The notes beneath the pieces are model-generated. The model searched no databases. It was not told the DNA's origin and saw nothing but the letters and a program-made list of their open reading frames with translations. A stretch of DNA of 35,237 nucleotides from a virus. Its lineage: Duplodnaviria; Caudoviricetes. Every line of letters begins with the position of its first letter. Within the stretch, counting starts at the first letter, position 1. Shown here in pieces: positions 16,430 to 26,418 of this stretch. Made by a program: the position numbers and the translations under genes. The stretch is taken from the IMG/VR virus record IMGVR_UViG_3300021411_000017, positions 1 through 35,237 of that record. The stretch is one strand, 5' to 3'.

Positions 16430-19400
16430 AAAAGAACTGCCTTCTTCCGATTCTTGGTTGGTGTCTGGTTCTTCTATTGGTTGAAATGCTGGACTATGTC
16501 TTAGAGCCGCTGGTGATCCCTTTAGTAACCTCTCTCCTAACGACTGCATTGCTGATTTCATTTTTGCTTGCGTACTTTTCTGTATATCTGTCCCTGTTAT
16601 CGGGAATTCAGGCCATCGCTCATTCCAGTTATATACCTCTTTTTTAACTTGTTCTTCTAGCTGAGAGCCTAAATCTATACCAGCTAATCCAGCCTGTCCA
16701 TAGCGAGCAGCCGCATATCCAATAACTGATTGTCGCTTAGCTTCTATTTCTAACAGACCACTAGCGAATTGTTCAAGCTCACTCTCCTTCATCTGATTAG
16801 GACCTTCTACTACTCCCATCTGTCCACCAGAAGACTTAAAACCTAGTATCCTACGGACTACATCTTTTGTCTCAGCTTTAAACTTTAATCTACCACTAGG
16901 ATCATTAAAGTCATAATCTCCTGTAAATAACCTACCTAACGCATCAGCCTGCTTAAATAAAGGAACTCGAGAGATCATAGCATTAAAAGCTCTATCCTTC
17001 ATATCTGGTTCTAGCCCAGGGTCCTTATCTAGAACAGATTGCATGATACTATAGCCAGTACCTATCGCCGGCCCCATAACTAAATTTGTAGCTTTCTCCA
17101 TTACAGACTCTCCAAATGGAGCGTCTATCATGCGGATAGAGTTACTAACATCAATACCAGCCAAAGCAGGCAAGCCGTGATGTATAACATCTGCCCATCC
17201 TTGGCCATACTGTTCTTGTATTTTCTTGTAAGTATCGTAACCTAGCCAGCCAGCACCTCCCATCGTAGCTGCCTTCATACCTCCCAGCGCTAGATTTACT
17301 CCTAACCACTTAGCTGCTCCTGGATAATTCCTACCTTTAACTATATCTAAAAATTGCTCAGTCTGCTTGATAGGAAACCTCATAAACATTGTCAGCAAAC
17401 CGCCAGTAGGATCAGAGTTAAAAGCATGTGGCTGATCTGATGTTAGCCCAAAGAACTGTGAATAGACATTACCTCTAGCCTTTCCATAATCTGCAGCTTG
17501 TGCATCTGTTAATCCTTGTTTCCTTCCAAAGTTATACATCGTTAGGAAAGCGCCTTGTTGATTTTTAGATTCTACAAATCCTTGGCCTTTTGATATTCCT
17601 TCTACCTTAGTATCCATGCCTAGAATACCATGTTTCTGTAGAAGTTTCTGGCCTGCAGGATCAGCTAATAACTTGGCAGCTTCAAAAAGATCGCCATCCT
17701 TAGCTATAGGATAGAGAGTAGATAATGTTTGCGTGCTGTTGACAGCCTGGTACCTAAAGCTATATTTCAAGAACAAATTCACCATTCCTATTTTAGACTT
17801 AGTGACTAGACTCTCCAAAATTTGAGGAGCTACTATATCTCGTAGGACTGGAATACTAGCTATTGAATTATCTAGTAGTTCGCTTAAAGGTAGTCGTCTA
17901 CCATATAGTCGAGACATTTTAGTAGATACACGTTCAGCTAGTTTTGGTTGATCTACAGCTATCTGTTTAATAACTGGTACTACTTTTCTACTCAAATCAT
18001 CTAGCTGTGTAAATCTCTCCATAGTCCTATCCCAAGTATTCCATAGAGTAAAGAAGTCCTTAGTATAGGCAGCGTTATTCTTAGGCTTCTGGAATAGAGC
18101 ATCTAGAAATTTATAACGCTCAGCAAATCCAAACTTGCCAGCTATTGCAGCGTCTATGCCAGCAGGGCTAACAGCCATTGCATCTGATAGCCTCTTGTAA
18201 GTTTGCTCTACTGGCCCCTTAAACATACGTAGAGTGTCGCCATCAAAGTAACTCTTATGATCTATTCTAAAATCTCCGCTATTCTTTAATCCTCTACTTT
18301 GAGCTAGATCATGAATAACTACCAAAGCCTCATTACGATTGTTAGCTGAGCCTAGATAGACGCCGTCCTTATCCATTATTTTGTAGTAGCCAGGAAAGAT
18401 ACCAGGAAGTAACTGATCAGCTGCATAGGTATCAGGAAATTGCTCTTTAACTCTACGCTGAACTTCTAATGCTATTAAAGATTTGTCAGGCGGCTCTTGC
18501 CAAGCTTTTGATTTTATACCAAACTCACGTTCAACTATAGGAGTTATATACTCAGTAGCCTTCTCACGTAATCTAGGCAAAGCTACCTGAACGTCTACTT
18601 TTATCTTATCCTCCATAAATTGCAAGGCTTTTTTAGCACCAGCAGAAAATTTAGCCTCAGGTAACAACATCTTATCACCATGAGTCATTGAAGTATCAGC
18701 TCTCATTAATATAGCTTTTCGTAAGTCCTCAGCACCTACTCCTATTACAGCATCCTGTGTTCTCTTACCGCGTGCTAAAATCCCTTGTTGTATAGACATC
18801 TCAGTTTTTGCAAGTTCTAATAAAGCATCAGCAGCTCGAGGATTTAGAGCGGCAGCCTCACGGACTGGTGAGCCTAGAGATCCAAAGATACCAGCATCAG
18901 GTAGCTTGTTGATACCATCAAAGACTACACCAGGAGTAGGCTCAAAACGTGGCGCTGGAGGTAACTCGTCCATTATCTTGTTAGCCTTAGCAAACTCAAA
19001 GTAGACGTCATTCTGGGCTATTCGCTTGTTAAACTCTATTTGTGCAAGTTCAGGACTTTTAAGCTGCAGAGCTGCCATCTCACCAAGCTCAGACATAGAA
19101 GCATCTGATCTAATAGCTTCTTCTAATGGACGTATCTTGTCTTGTTTACGAGTAGCAGCCCACTCGAATTGAGGATCTGTCTTTATAGTTTCTTCTAGAC
19201 TTCCAATCTTTCCAACACCTAAAAATTCTGCTACTTGTTGGGCTAATGGGCCTAGCTTTCCAGTTTTAGAAATTAAGCCAGCTCCTAGGCCAGCAATTGC
19301 ACCAGTTAAGCTACCACCTAAACGAGCTGAATCCTCAGACATTCCAAAGCCTGCTAGAGCTTCTTCGCTAGCAGCCTCAATAGGAGCTAAAACAGCAGAA

Positions 19401-19831
19401 AACGGAGATGCTATTCCAGATAAAGTACTAAAAGCAGAACCTATCCTACCATTCTCACCACCACCTGTTATAGTATCTAAGGCATTTTGAGGGAGCGATA
19501 AAGCAGAGTCAACAGCCTCACCTACACGCCGGCCGGTACGAGTACCAAACTGTTGTAAGGCATTTTGATTACCTACATTAGGATCATCATAGTACTTGCC
19601 ATAGCGATTAGGGTCTTGTTGTTGTCTAGATATGCCTAGAGAAGATCGCATTGATTCTAGAGGTGAATCAGAAGCTTTTATGTCACGAGCCGATTGGAGA
19701 GGCGATTCATTAGGGCTAGTAGAGGATTGCTGCTGTCCCTGAACACTAGCAATAGCTTCTTCATCGCTAAGCTCAGTATCGCTCTCGACTTCGTAAGTAC
19801 CACCATCTACTTCGACTCTATATTTAGGCAT
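16409..19831 (-). CDS. Large internal virion/DNA ejection protein
   Basis: 1140 aa, helical, last gene of the virion arm; N-terminal YRVEVDGGTYEVES motif typical of podovirus internal proteins. Confidence 0.65.
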   Translation of the reverse strand: MPKYRVEVDGGTYEVESDTELSDEEAIASVQGQQQSSTSPNESPLQSARDIKASDSPLESMRSSLGISRQQQDPNRYGKYYDDPNVGNQNALQQFGTRTGRRVGEAVDSALSLPQNALDTITGGGENGRIGSAFSTLSGIASPFSAVLAPIEAASEEALAGFGMSEDSARLGGSLTGAIAGLGAGLISKTGKLGPLAQQVAEFLGVGKIGSLEETIKTDPQFEWAATRKQDKIRPLEEAIRSDASMSELGEMAALQLKSPELAQIEFNKRIAQNDVYFEFAKANKIMDELPPAPRFEPTPGVVFDGINKLPDAGIFGSLGSPVREAAALNPRAADALLELAKTEMSIQQGILARGKRTQDAVIGVGAEDLRKAILMRADTSMTHGDKMLLPEAKFSAGAKKALQFMEDKIKVDVQVALPRLREKATEYITPIVEREFGIKSKAWQEPPDKSLIALEVQRRVKEQFPDTYAADQLLPGIFPGYYKIMDKDGVYLGSANNRNEALVVIHDLAQSRGLKNSGDFRIDHKSYFDGDTLRMFKGPVEQTYKRLSDAMAVSPAGIDAAIAGKFGFAERYKFLDALFQKPKNNAAYTKDFFTLWNTWDRTMERFTQLDDLSRKVVPVIKQIAVDQPKLAERVSTKMSRLYGRRLPLSELLDNSIASIPVLRDIVAPQILESLVTKSKIGMVNLFLKYSFRYQAVNSTQTLSTLYPIAKDGDLFEAAKLLADPAGQKLLQKHGILGMDTKVEGISKGQGFVESKNQQGAFLTMYNFGRKQGLTDAQAADYGKARGNVYSQFFGLTSDQPHAFNSDPTGGLLTMFMRFPIKQTEQFLDIVKGRNYPGAAKWLGVNLALGGMKAATMGGAGWLGYDTYKKIQEQYGQGWADVIHHGLPALAGIDVSNSIRMIDAPFGESVMEKATNLVMGPAIGTGYSIMQSVLDKDPGLEPDMKDRAFNAMISRVPLFKQADALGRLFTGDYDFNDPSGRLKFKAETKDVVRRILGFKSSGGQMGVVEGPNQMKESELEQFASGLLEIEAKRQSVIGYAAARYGQAGLAGIDLGSQLEEQVKKEVYNWNERWPEFPITGTDIQKSTQAKMKSAMQSLGERLLKGSPAALRHSPAFQPIEEPDTNQESEEGSSFLAPGGG

Positions 19832-19854
19832 TTTTAGATTACCTTATTTTTCGC

Positions 19855-21339
19855 TTATCTACCAAGTAATTTATCAGACAATAATTGAAGTGCATCTAAG
19901 TTTAAAGGACTGCTAGATGGCGATGGAGCTATATAATTAGGAGGCAGTGTAGGCATGGTAAATGGCTTAAACTTTCCTTGTCCTTGAAAAGGTTCCTGTG
20001 CTAAATCTATTAAAAAATTACCAAACGATAGTGGCTCCATAGTTTGCCCGCCTTTATTAGGTATAAATAGATCAGGTGGAGCTGGAGGATGAGGATAAGC
20101 ACTAAATTGAGGAGGTTTAGCATTCTGAGCTTGGAAAGCTTGAATAGCATCTAAATCACTATTATAGTGAGAAGGCTCAAAAGACGCAAAAGGATTAGAT
20201 GTAAAAGCACCTGTATTATAGAGTTCTGGATCGTTTGCTCTACCTATAGGAGGGGGAAGTCCTTTTATCTCATCAGGAAATATAGGATCGTCAATAGCTG
20301 TTAGATTCTGCTTTGGCTTAATAGGTATGATACCTAGATATCCTTTATTAGAAGGACTATCATAATTAGTAATTTTAGCAGTCATCTGTGCAGCGAAGGC
20401 ATCATCTATTTGCTTTGCTTTCTTAGGACTTACATTAGAGCCAATATTAGACTTAGCTATTTCCTTATTTTGCTTTATCTTATTACCAATATAGGTCATA
20501 ATATCTTTCATTTGACCTTCTGAATAGTTAGCGTTGGTATGAGCGCCACTACCAGGCAGAGGACGATTAGTACGTATTCTATCTAAAGCCTCATTCATAG
20601 CCGCAGTAGTTAAAGGATCAGCAGTTTGAGTCTTAGATCCATATGTAGGTGCTGAAGTAACATCAAACTTATTAGCCCATCTAGGATCTACAATTAACTC
20701 AGCCTCATTAGCATAACTAGAACCACGTTTAGGTAAGAGTGATAGTATGCTCTCAGGCGTATATTGTCCTTGCGTTATTCGCTCGTCAGAAACACCGCTA
20801 ACAAATCCCTTAGCCGTATGTGGATTGGTAGAGATAGCTGTAGCAGAAGGTAAAGTACCTACTTTCATTGGTAGCATAGTTAATGGATCTTTAATATTAC
20901 GTCCCCTATATCCACTAAATTGCTCACCTAATTTAGGATCTCTTCTAGCCATCCACTCAAATAACTGTTTAGCGCGTGCGTAATTAGGGATCTGCATTAT
21001 ACGAGATATATACTGAGCTGGATTGAGAGAACCAGCTTGTCTCATCCTACCTAGGTCACGATAGATACCGGCTTCCTCACCACCAGAATCTAGATTAGTA
21101 TTGACGCCAGCTAGTGAAGTTCCTAAAGCTCCACCAAAAACTTTATTAGCTAATTTACTAGCAGGTAAGGCATCTTGAGGAGTAGGGCCAAACGATAGTA
21201 TTTTATCAAGCATACTCATACTAGTGTCGAGTAAAGGACTATCAGTTCGCCATTTAGGCTGTTGAGGCTTAGCCATTACAGAGCCCTGTTTCTTGAGCGC
21301 TGCATTAGCTAGCAATTCACGCATGAGTTCATCAGCCAT
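19855..21339 (-). CDS. Internal virion protein with a putative ADP-ribosyltransferase domain
   Basis: YRG (144-146), ISTN..TAKGF (169-179), NEAELIV (211-217) form an R-S-E pattern; lies among ejection-protein genes. Confidence 0.55.
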   Translation of the reverse strand: MADELMRELLANAALKKQGSVMAKPQQPKWRTDSPLLDTSMSMLDKILSFGPTPQDALPASKLANKVFGGALGTSLAGVNTNLDSGGEEAGIYRDLGRMRQAGSLNPAQYISRIMQIPNYARAKQLFEWMARRDPKLGEQFSGYRGRNIKDPLTMLPMKVGTLPSATAISTNPHTAKGFVSGVSDERITQGQYTPESILSLLPKRGSSYANEAELIVDPRWANKFDVTSAPTYGSKTQTADPLTTAAMNEALDRIRTNRPLPGSGAHTNANYSEGQMKDIMTYIGNKIKQNKEIAKSNIGSNVSPKKAKQIDDAFAAQMTAKITNYDSPSNKGYLGIIPIKPKQNLTAIDDPIFPDEIKGLPPPIGRANDPELYNTGAFTSNPFASFEPSHYNSDLDAIQAFQAQNAKPPQFSAYPHPPAPPDLFIPNKGGQTMEPLSFGNFLIDLAQEPFQGQGKFKPFTMPTLPPNYIAPSPSSSPLNLDALQLLSDKLLGR

Positions 21340-21359
21340 TTTATACTCCTAATTATCAG

Positions 21360-22430
21360 TTAATCTATACGAGTAACTCTAGGAGCACGTACACCAGCTT
21401 TAGGAGCCTGAACTGATGGAGATTGTACACCGCCAGCAGCAGGAGTAGTATCATCTGGTAATTCTAGATCTTTTTTCATTTTGAGTATTAATTCAGATAT
21501 GACTTTACGCTGAGGATCAGCCTCTTTGCCCCTAAATCTTAATGCTTCTAAAGCGGCAATAGCCTTAGGTAATTCAGCATATATCTTTTGTTGTTGAGTT
21601 GATTTTGCAAGTGCTGTTAATTGTGCTTGATAGTTTTTAGTGTTATCAAGGACTGCATTACGATTCTCTACTAAGCTAAGTTTATCAGCAGCAGTAATAG
21701 CACGGTCGTGAGCTTTACCAGGAGCTGCAAGATCAAAAGCTTGTTGTTGTAATCTCATTTTCTCATCAACAGCTTCTTGAGCTTTAGATTTGCCAGGAGG
21801 TACATTTAGGCCAATAGCTTTCAAGATAGCAGAAGCTTGATCGGCTGGTAGCTTACTAACAGCTTCTATTACTTTCAGTCTATCACGTAGATCGTTAGCT
21901 TGTGATTGTTGTAAGTATTGTTGGCCTGCTAGCCTGGCAGCTAAATTACCTTGATGCTGCGAATAGGCTTGTCGCGCACCTTGTTGATCGTCAGCAAATG
22001 TAAATCCTAGAGGCGAACGAGGATCAGAAGTAGCCCCAGCAGGCATACCATTAGCATCATACTGAGGACCTTGATTGAACAAAGAGCTACCAGAGACACG
22101 CATCTCAGCAGGAGATGTCATTCCTTGACCTAGCATGGGTGGCTGGCTATAAGGGCCTTGAGGAGTTTGCTGACCTGGTTGAGGAGCGCCAGAAGGCGGC
22201 TGGAAAGGATCACGCATGGGAGTATAGCCTGGAGGAACAGGACCACTTGGCTGGCCGCCATAACCAGCAGCTAATCTACCCTGTCCATATTGAGCTGGAT
22301 TAGGAATAGATGTAGGCGGCATTTGAGGTATTGGACCTCCACCGCTACCGCCTTGTTGCTGTTGTATCTGGTCAATGACAGGCGCTAAGAATTGAGACAT
22401 TGCCTCTTGCATAGCATCTTGTTCTAACAT
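21360..22430 (-). CDS. Putative internal virion/ejection protein
   Basis: Gln/Pro/Gly-rich N-half, helical C-half, position. Confidence 0.55.
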   Translation of the reverse strand: MLEQDAMQEAMSQFLAPVIDQIQQQQGGSGGGPIPQMPPTSIPNPAQYGQGRLAAGYGGQPSGPVPPGYTPMRDPFQPPSGAPQPGQQTPQGPYSQPPMLGQGMTSPAEMRVSGSSLFNQGPQYDANGMPAGATSDPRSPLGFTFADDQQGARQAYSQHQGNLAARLAGQQYLQQSQANDLRDRLKVIEAVSKLPADQASAILKAIGLNVPPGKSKAQEAVDEKMRLQQQAFDLAAPGKAHDRAITAADKLSLVENRNAVLDNTKNYQAQLTALAKSTQQQKIYAELPKAIAALEALRFRGKEADPQRKVISELILKMKKDLELPDDTTPAAGGVQSPSVQAPKAGVRAPRVTRID

Positions 22431-22454
22431 TTTCTTTTAAGCTCCTAGATTATT

Positions 22455-23309
22455 TTAGTATTCTAACCAATTTTCTGATGGTGGTGGTCTCCATGTATTA
22501 GGATCTTCAAATCCATAATTAGGAGCTGGCTGAGGAGCACCACCAGGATAAGAAAGTTGTCCAAAGTTACCACTACCACCTTGCATAGGAGCAGCGCCAG
22601 AGCCAGGAGATGGAGCAGATTCGTACATGCCAGTTTGAGGATTAAAGACTATATTAGAACCTAGAAAATCAGTTCCACCGCCTGGTGATGCTTGTGGCTG
22701 TTGAGGGCCTGAAGGTTGATAGTTAGGTCCCATAATCATAGGGCTATTACCATAAGAGTCAGGTAACGCACCACCAGTATTAAGCCCACTATTACCAGTA
22801 AAGAAAGGATTATTAGCCATAGAGGGTGAGCCACCTGATTGCGAAGAGCTACTAGAATTACCAGGAGGAAAACCGCCTATAACAGTCGGACGAGATGCAT
22901 TGAGAAGGCCAGTATAAGCCTGAGCAGGTAAGAAGCTATTTTGCTGTTCTTGCATCTGGCCTGATACTAAGGTTTGTAATACCTTTCCAATAATATCGCT
23001 CATTAGATCATTTTGTTGGAGCGATTGATTATTGAGGAGTGTATTAGTGTTAGTACCATATTCTCCAGATCGCAAGCCACCAGCAGCTCTAGTCATATCT
23101 GTTAATTGCTGCCTTTGTTGAGCTTGTGGCTGTACTAGTCGCTGCATTGCTGGTCCAAGGACTTGTTGCAATAATGGAGAGTTCATGCCACCTTGGATCA
23201 TAGATTGGAGAGAGTTCATAGAAGTAGGAACAGAGCCTTGCGCAGTATTGAACAAGTTCATGAGCTCTGGGACTACAAGAGGAGAGACAGAATTCCATTC
23301 TAAGGGCAT
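22455..23309 (-). CDS. Putative DNA pilot/ejection protein
   Basis: Gln/Gly/Ser-rich, AAGGLRSG motif, follows the tail genes. Confidence 0.55.
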   Translation of the reverse strand: MPLEWNSVSPLVVPELMNLFNTAQGSVPTSMNSLQSMIQGGMNSPLLQQVLGPAMQRLVQPQAQQRQQLTDMTRAAGGLRSGEYGTNTNTLLNNQSLQQNDLMSDIIGKVLQTLVSGQMQEQQNSFLPAQAYTGLLNASRPTVIGGFPPGNSSSSSQSGGSPSMANNPFFTGNSGLNTGGALPDSYGNSPMIMGPNYQPSGPQQPQASPGGGTDFLGSNIVFNPQTGMYESAPSPGSGAAPMQGGSGNFGQLSYPGGAPQPAPNYGFEDPNTWRPPPSENWLEY

Positions 23310-23348
23310 TAGATCTTACCTTTTACCTTTCTTTTTTGACTAAACTTT

Positions 23349-23365
23349 TGTCCGGATTCCGGACA
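23349..23365. promoter_or_regulatory. 17-bp palindromic site, copy 4 (TGTCCGGATTCCGGACA)
   Basis: Intergenic between tail and ejection modules; near-perfect palindrome. Confidence 0.8.
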
Positions 23366-23381
23366 TTTGATTAGATAATTA

Positions 23382-24089
23382 CTAAAACATTATAATTCCT
23401 TGGCTCCGTCTAAGTACAGGTGGTATAATAGCTTTCAATACTGGCTGTACACTAGGTCTAGATATCACTAAAGGATCACTGAATAGACTCGTTCCAGTCA
23501 CTATTCCATGATTGCCCTTGTTGCTACGATCCATTTCTATAGGACCTGAACTGTCCATCTTCCAGTATCCACGTAGCCCCCGCTGTGTAGAACCATACAT
23601 CATAGCCTCGAAGATTTCCGCCTGGCTAAGGCCAACATTGTATACTGACAAATGAGCATTCCTACAGGCGCTGAAAGCCGCAAGCAACTTGTTGTGCTGC
23701 ACGATAGCACCAGCAATAGAGTCTATGCTGCGGGTCTCAGCGACTGATAATGCCTGGACGCTGTCCTTATAGAATTTGACTAAGGCGCCGTCATACGTCA
23801 CCCCTACATGGTGCCAGCCAGTCGTGTCGGTGAGCGGGCCACCTGAAAAGATTTGCACCAGCGCCCCGCCCGTGCCGATATAGAACGCGAAGTTGTTTGG
23901 GCTATTGTCCCAATTAAGCACCCACTGATACGGTTGACCCACGCCGCCGTTGGCCCGACTGATTACTTTAATGTTGTCGTTGACGTTCTTACGCCAGAGC
24001 CAGGCACAGATCGACAGGCCAGTGCCGCTGATATTAAGCACATCGCCAAAGTCTATAAAGTCCGTAGTGCCATTGAAGTCGCGGCTCAT
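23382..24089 (-). CDS. LamG/concanavalin A-like lectin domain virion protein
   Basis: DFNGTTDFID, SICAW, WHHVGVTYDG, LRGYWKMD, DRSNKGNHG. Confidence 0.85.
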   Translation of the reverse strand: MSRDFNGTTDFIDFGDVLNISGTGLSICAWLWRKNVNDNIKVISRANGGVGQPYQWVLNWDNSPNNFAFYIGTGGALVQIFSGGPLTDTTGWHHVGVTYDGALVKFYKDSVQALSVAETRSIDSIAGAIVQHNKLLAAFSACRNAHLSVYNVGLSQAEIFEAMMYGSTQRGLRGYWKMDSSGPIEMDRSNKGNHGIVTGTSLFSDPLVISRPSVQPVLKAIIPPVLRRSQGIIMF

Positions 24090-25132
24090 GCAATCTCCTC
24101 ATTATAGGTGATATAGCGTAAAGCATTTCCACTAGCCGCCATTGCTTGACCACTTTCATTCTTGACTAAAATTTTGAAAAACTGTGGTAGTAAAGGCACC
24201 TGCTTAATTAGTATTCTTTGAATTGTCGTCACAGCACGGACAGGAAATACTCCAACTAAACATGTAGATGCTGGTAAGATAGAAGTACTACCATCACTAA
24301 AAGCTGAGCCGTCAAGACTTGGAAGTAGATAGACTGAAACAAAGCCACCGGCCGATGGCGCACTGCCAAAAGTCGCTATCAGCTCAATATCCATCCAGCG
24401 ATTGACGAGCACCGAGTTGTCAAAGGCAGCACTGAGAACTGATGCCGCGTTCGCCAAGCTATTAAGTTCTGTAGAGAGGAAATAAGCCCAAGGGAAAACT
24501 TCAGCTGGGAAGCAGGAGAAATCATCCCAGTTCGTGATCATAAATTCGCCAACTACAGTCGAAGCCATGATGCCAGGCTTGCCGGTTGTAAGCGCAGTAT
24601 CAGTGATAGGTCCTAGTACTAGTGCGCCATTTAAATAGCCACTGATAGCAGTACCTGCCGCACGAACCTCTATAATATCATTAGCGGCAAGATTTTGATT
24701 CATCCCAGCCAACACCGTGCCGTTCGTTGACTGCGGGTTCTGGGCGTTAAACTTTACAAGCTCAAGTCGCTTGGTCGCAACTGGGCGGTAACCTAAACAG
24801 TAAAACGAGGCGAGGTTATAAGTGCCAGCAACATTAATCCGCACAGCCGGCCCTACCATGCAGTTGTGGGGCGTGAAAGATTCAGACTTGTAGACAAGAC
24901 TCGCTCGCTGATCGGCGTTGAACGATTCGTCCCAATAGGCGAAACCTACATACTGCGGCCCAGCTGAAGTATCAGCTTGAATTTTCAACTGATTGCTCAG
25001 AATATTAAATGTTGCTCCAGTGCCCTCGACCTCAACCCAACTGCCACCGAGCGTGCCCGAATCGGCTCTAAGAAAATTATCGGTGCGAGTTACTTGTGAT
25101 TTGACTGGAGCCTGCCATTTGAGTACAGACAT
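24086..25132 (-). CDS. Two-domain beta-sandwich virion protein (lectin-like domain plus conserved phage structural domain)
   Basis: DNFLRAD...LGGSW...WDDF beta-sandwich followed by TELNSLAN...YLLPSLDG...VKNESGQAMAASGN. Confidence 0.65.
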   Translation of the reverse strand: MSVLKWQAPVKSQVTRTDNFLRADSGTLGGSWVEVEGTGATFNILSNQLKIQADTSAGPQYVGFAYWDESFNADQRASLVYKSESFTPHNCMVGPAVRINVAGTYNLASFYCLGYRPVATKRLELVKFNAQNPQSTNGTVLAGMNQNLAANDIIEVRAAGTAISGYLNGALVLGPITDTALTTGKPGIMASTVVGEFMITNWDDFSCFPAEVFPWAYFLSTELNSLANAASVLSAAFDNSVLVNRWMDIELIATFGSAPSAGGFVSVYLLPSLDGSAFSDGSTSILPASTCLVGVFPVRAVTTIQRILIKQVPLLPQFFKILVKNESGQAMAASGNALRYITYNEEIA

Positions 25133-25140
25133 AAATCTCC

Positions 25141-25650
25141 TTATCTAATAGCTTTCAGTGCTAGTGTACAGCGTTGAATAGTAGTCACACTATCAACATT
25201 AAATCTTAATATACTACCAGCTGCTATAGCTGTAGTCCAACCTGTTAATGTAGTGTCTTCTGATTTTATAGCTGCTGTTATAGTAGGTTTAGCCGCAGCT
25301 GTAATACTATCACCTACTACCGGTGGGAAGTTAGCATAGCTATCCTTCCATATATCTATAACTATAGAACCAGCCTGATCAGCTAACAAGCTAACACTAA
25401 CAATAGTACAAGCAAATGGAATGCTTAAATCACCTTTAATTCCAGTAGTGATAGTAGCCCCACCACCATCTATTACATATCCTATCCCAACTACTCCACC
25501 AGATGAGCTAACAGATTGCCATATAGTACCATTACTTCTCTCCCAAGCATACTCGTCAGTTACATAATATAGAGTTCCAATAACTACAGCTGTAGCCACT
25601 GGTTGGGCTGCTCTAGTACCACGCTGGACTGCATCTGCATAAAGTCCCAT
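25141..25650 (-). CDS. Tail fibre-associated structural protein
   Basis: IDGGGATITTGIKGD...ADQAGSIVIDIWK domain recurrent in phage fibres. Confidence 0.65.
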   Translation of the reverse strand: MGLYADAVQRGTRAAQPVATAVVIGTLYYVTDEYAWERSNGTIWQSVSSSGGVVGIGYVIDGGGATITTGIKGDLSIPFACTIVSVSLLADQAGSIVIDIWKDSYANFPPVVGDSITAAAKPTITAAIKSEDTTLTGWTTAIAAGSILRFNVDSVTTIQRCTLALKAIR

Positions 25651-26123
25651 TATCTTAGTTTCTCCATCATCATTACATCACCACGAGAATCAAATAGAAC
25701 TTCAGGTGTTCCTGGATTACCATTAGTAAGGACACTCCATGAGCTTCCATGATTAACTGGAATAGCTGCAATTCCTAGAGATACTCTAGCATCAGCTCTA
25801 GCATTAGTATAGTATAGATTAGAGCCTTCTGGTAAATTAGTAGTAGATTTAGTACCAAGCCATGTAGAAGCTCGAGCATCATTATGGTACTGTGGATGAT
25901 CGTCGTCTGCTAGTCCTGTCAATACTCCATGATCTGTTAGTATAGCAGCTCCAATTTCATGCTCTACTCCAGCATCGTCAACAAAGTAGAAAGCAGAGAC
26001 ACCAGCTTTATCCTTGGCATAATATCTTATCTGGTTAGCTTCTGGAGTATGCGGAATAGTAGCTACTTCCTTTAAGCTAAGGTAAGTATCTACAACAACC
26101 CATTCCTGGCCTTCTAATCTCAT
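25650..26123 (-). CDS. Tail fibre-like protein
   Basis: Fibre motifs DHGVLTGLADDDHPQY and TTNLPEGSNLYYTNAR. Confidence 0.7.
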   Translation of the reverse strand: MRLEGQEWVVVDTYLSLKEVATIPHTPEANQIRYYAKDKAGVSAFYFVDDAGVEHEIGAAILTDHGVLTGLADDDHPQYHNDARASTWLGTKSTTNLPEGSNLYYTNARADARVSLGIAAIPVNHGSSWSVLTNGNPGTPEVLFDSRGDVMMMEKLR

Positions 26124-26128
26124 TTTAT

Positions 26129-26392
26129 TTACCTTTTAACTACTTTTCTGATCCCACAAAACTTGCAGGCCCTTATCTTTTTGCCTGTTCAAGTAGAATC
26201 ATAAACTCCATCTTTATTACAATTAGAGCAATGTCTAAATTTATAAGTTAGCCATGTAGATATATCAACGTCCATAGGCTTTCCGCAAGCTGGCTCTATT
26301 CCAGTAATTTCTTCATCTTGCAATAGAGTGTAAGGAGTATTCTGCTCTATAAGTCTAGTACCATGAGGACTTGTTAGTATTATACAAGGCAT
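26129..26392 (-). CDS. Zinc-ribbon protein interrupted by an in-frame TGA at 26189-26191
   Basis: CSNC...DST*TGKKIRACKFCGIRKVVKR then TAA at 26129-26131. Confidence 0.55.
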
Positions 26393-26418
26393 AGAATTTA
26401 ATAGTAATAATTACTTAA

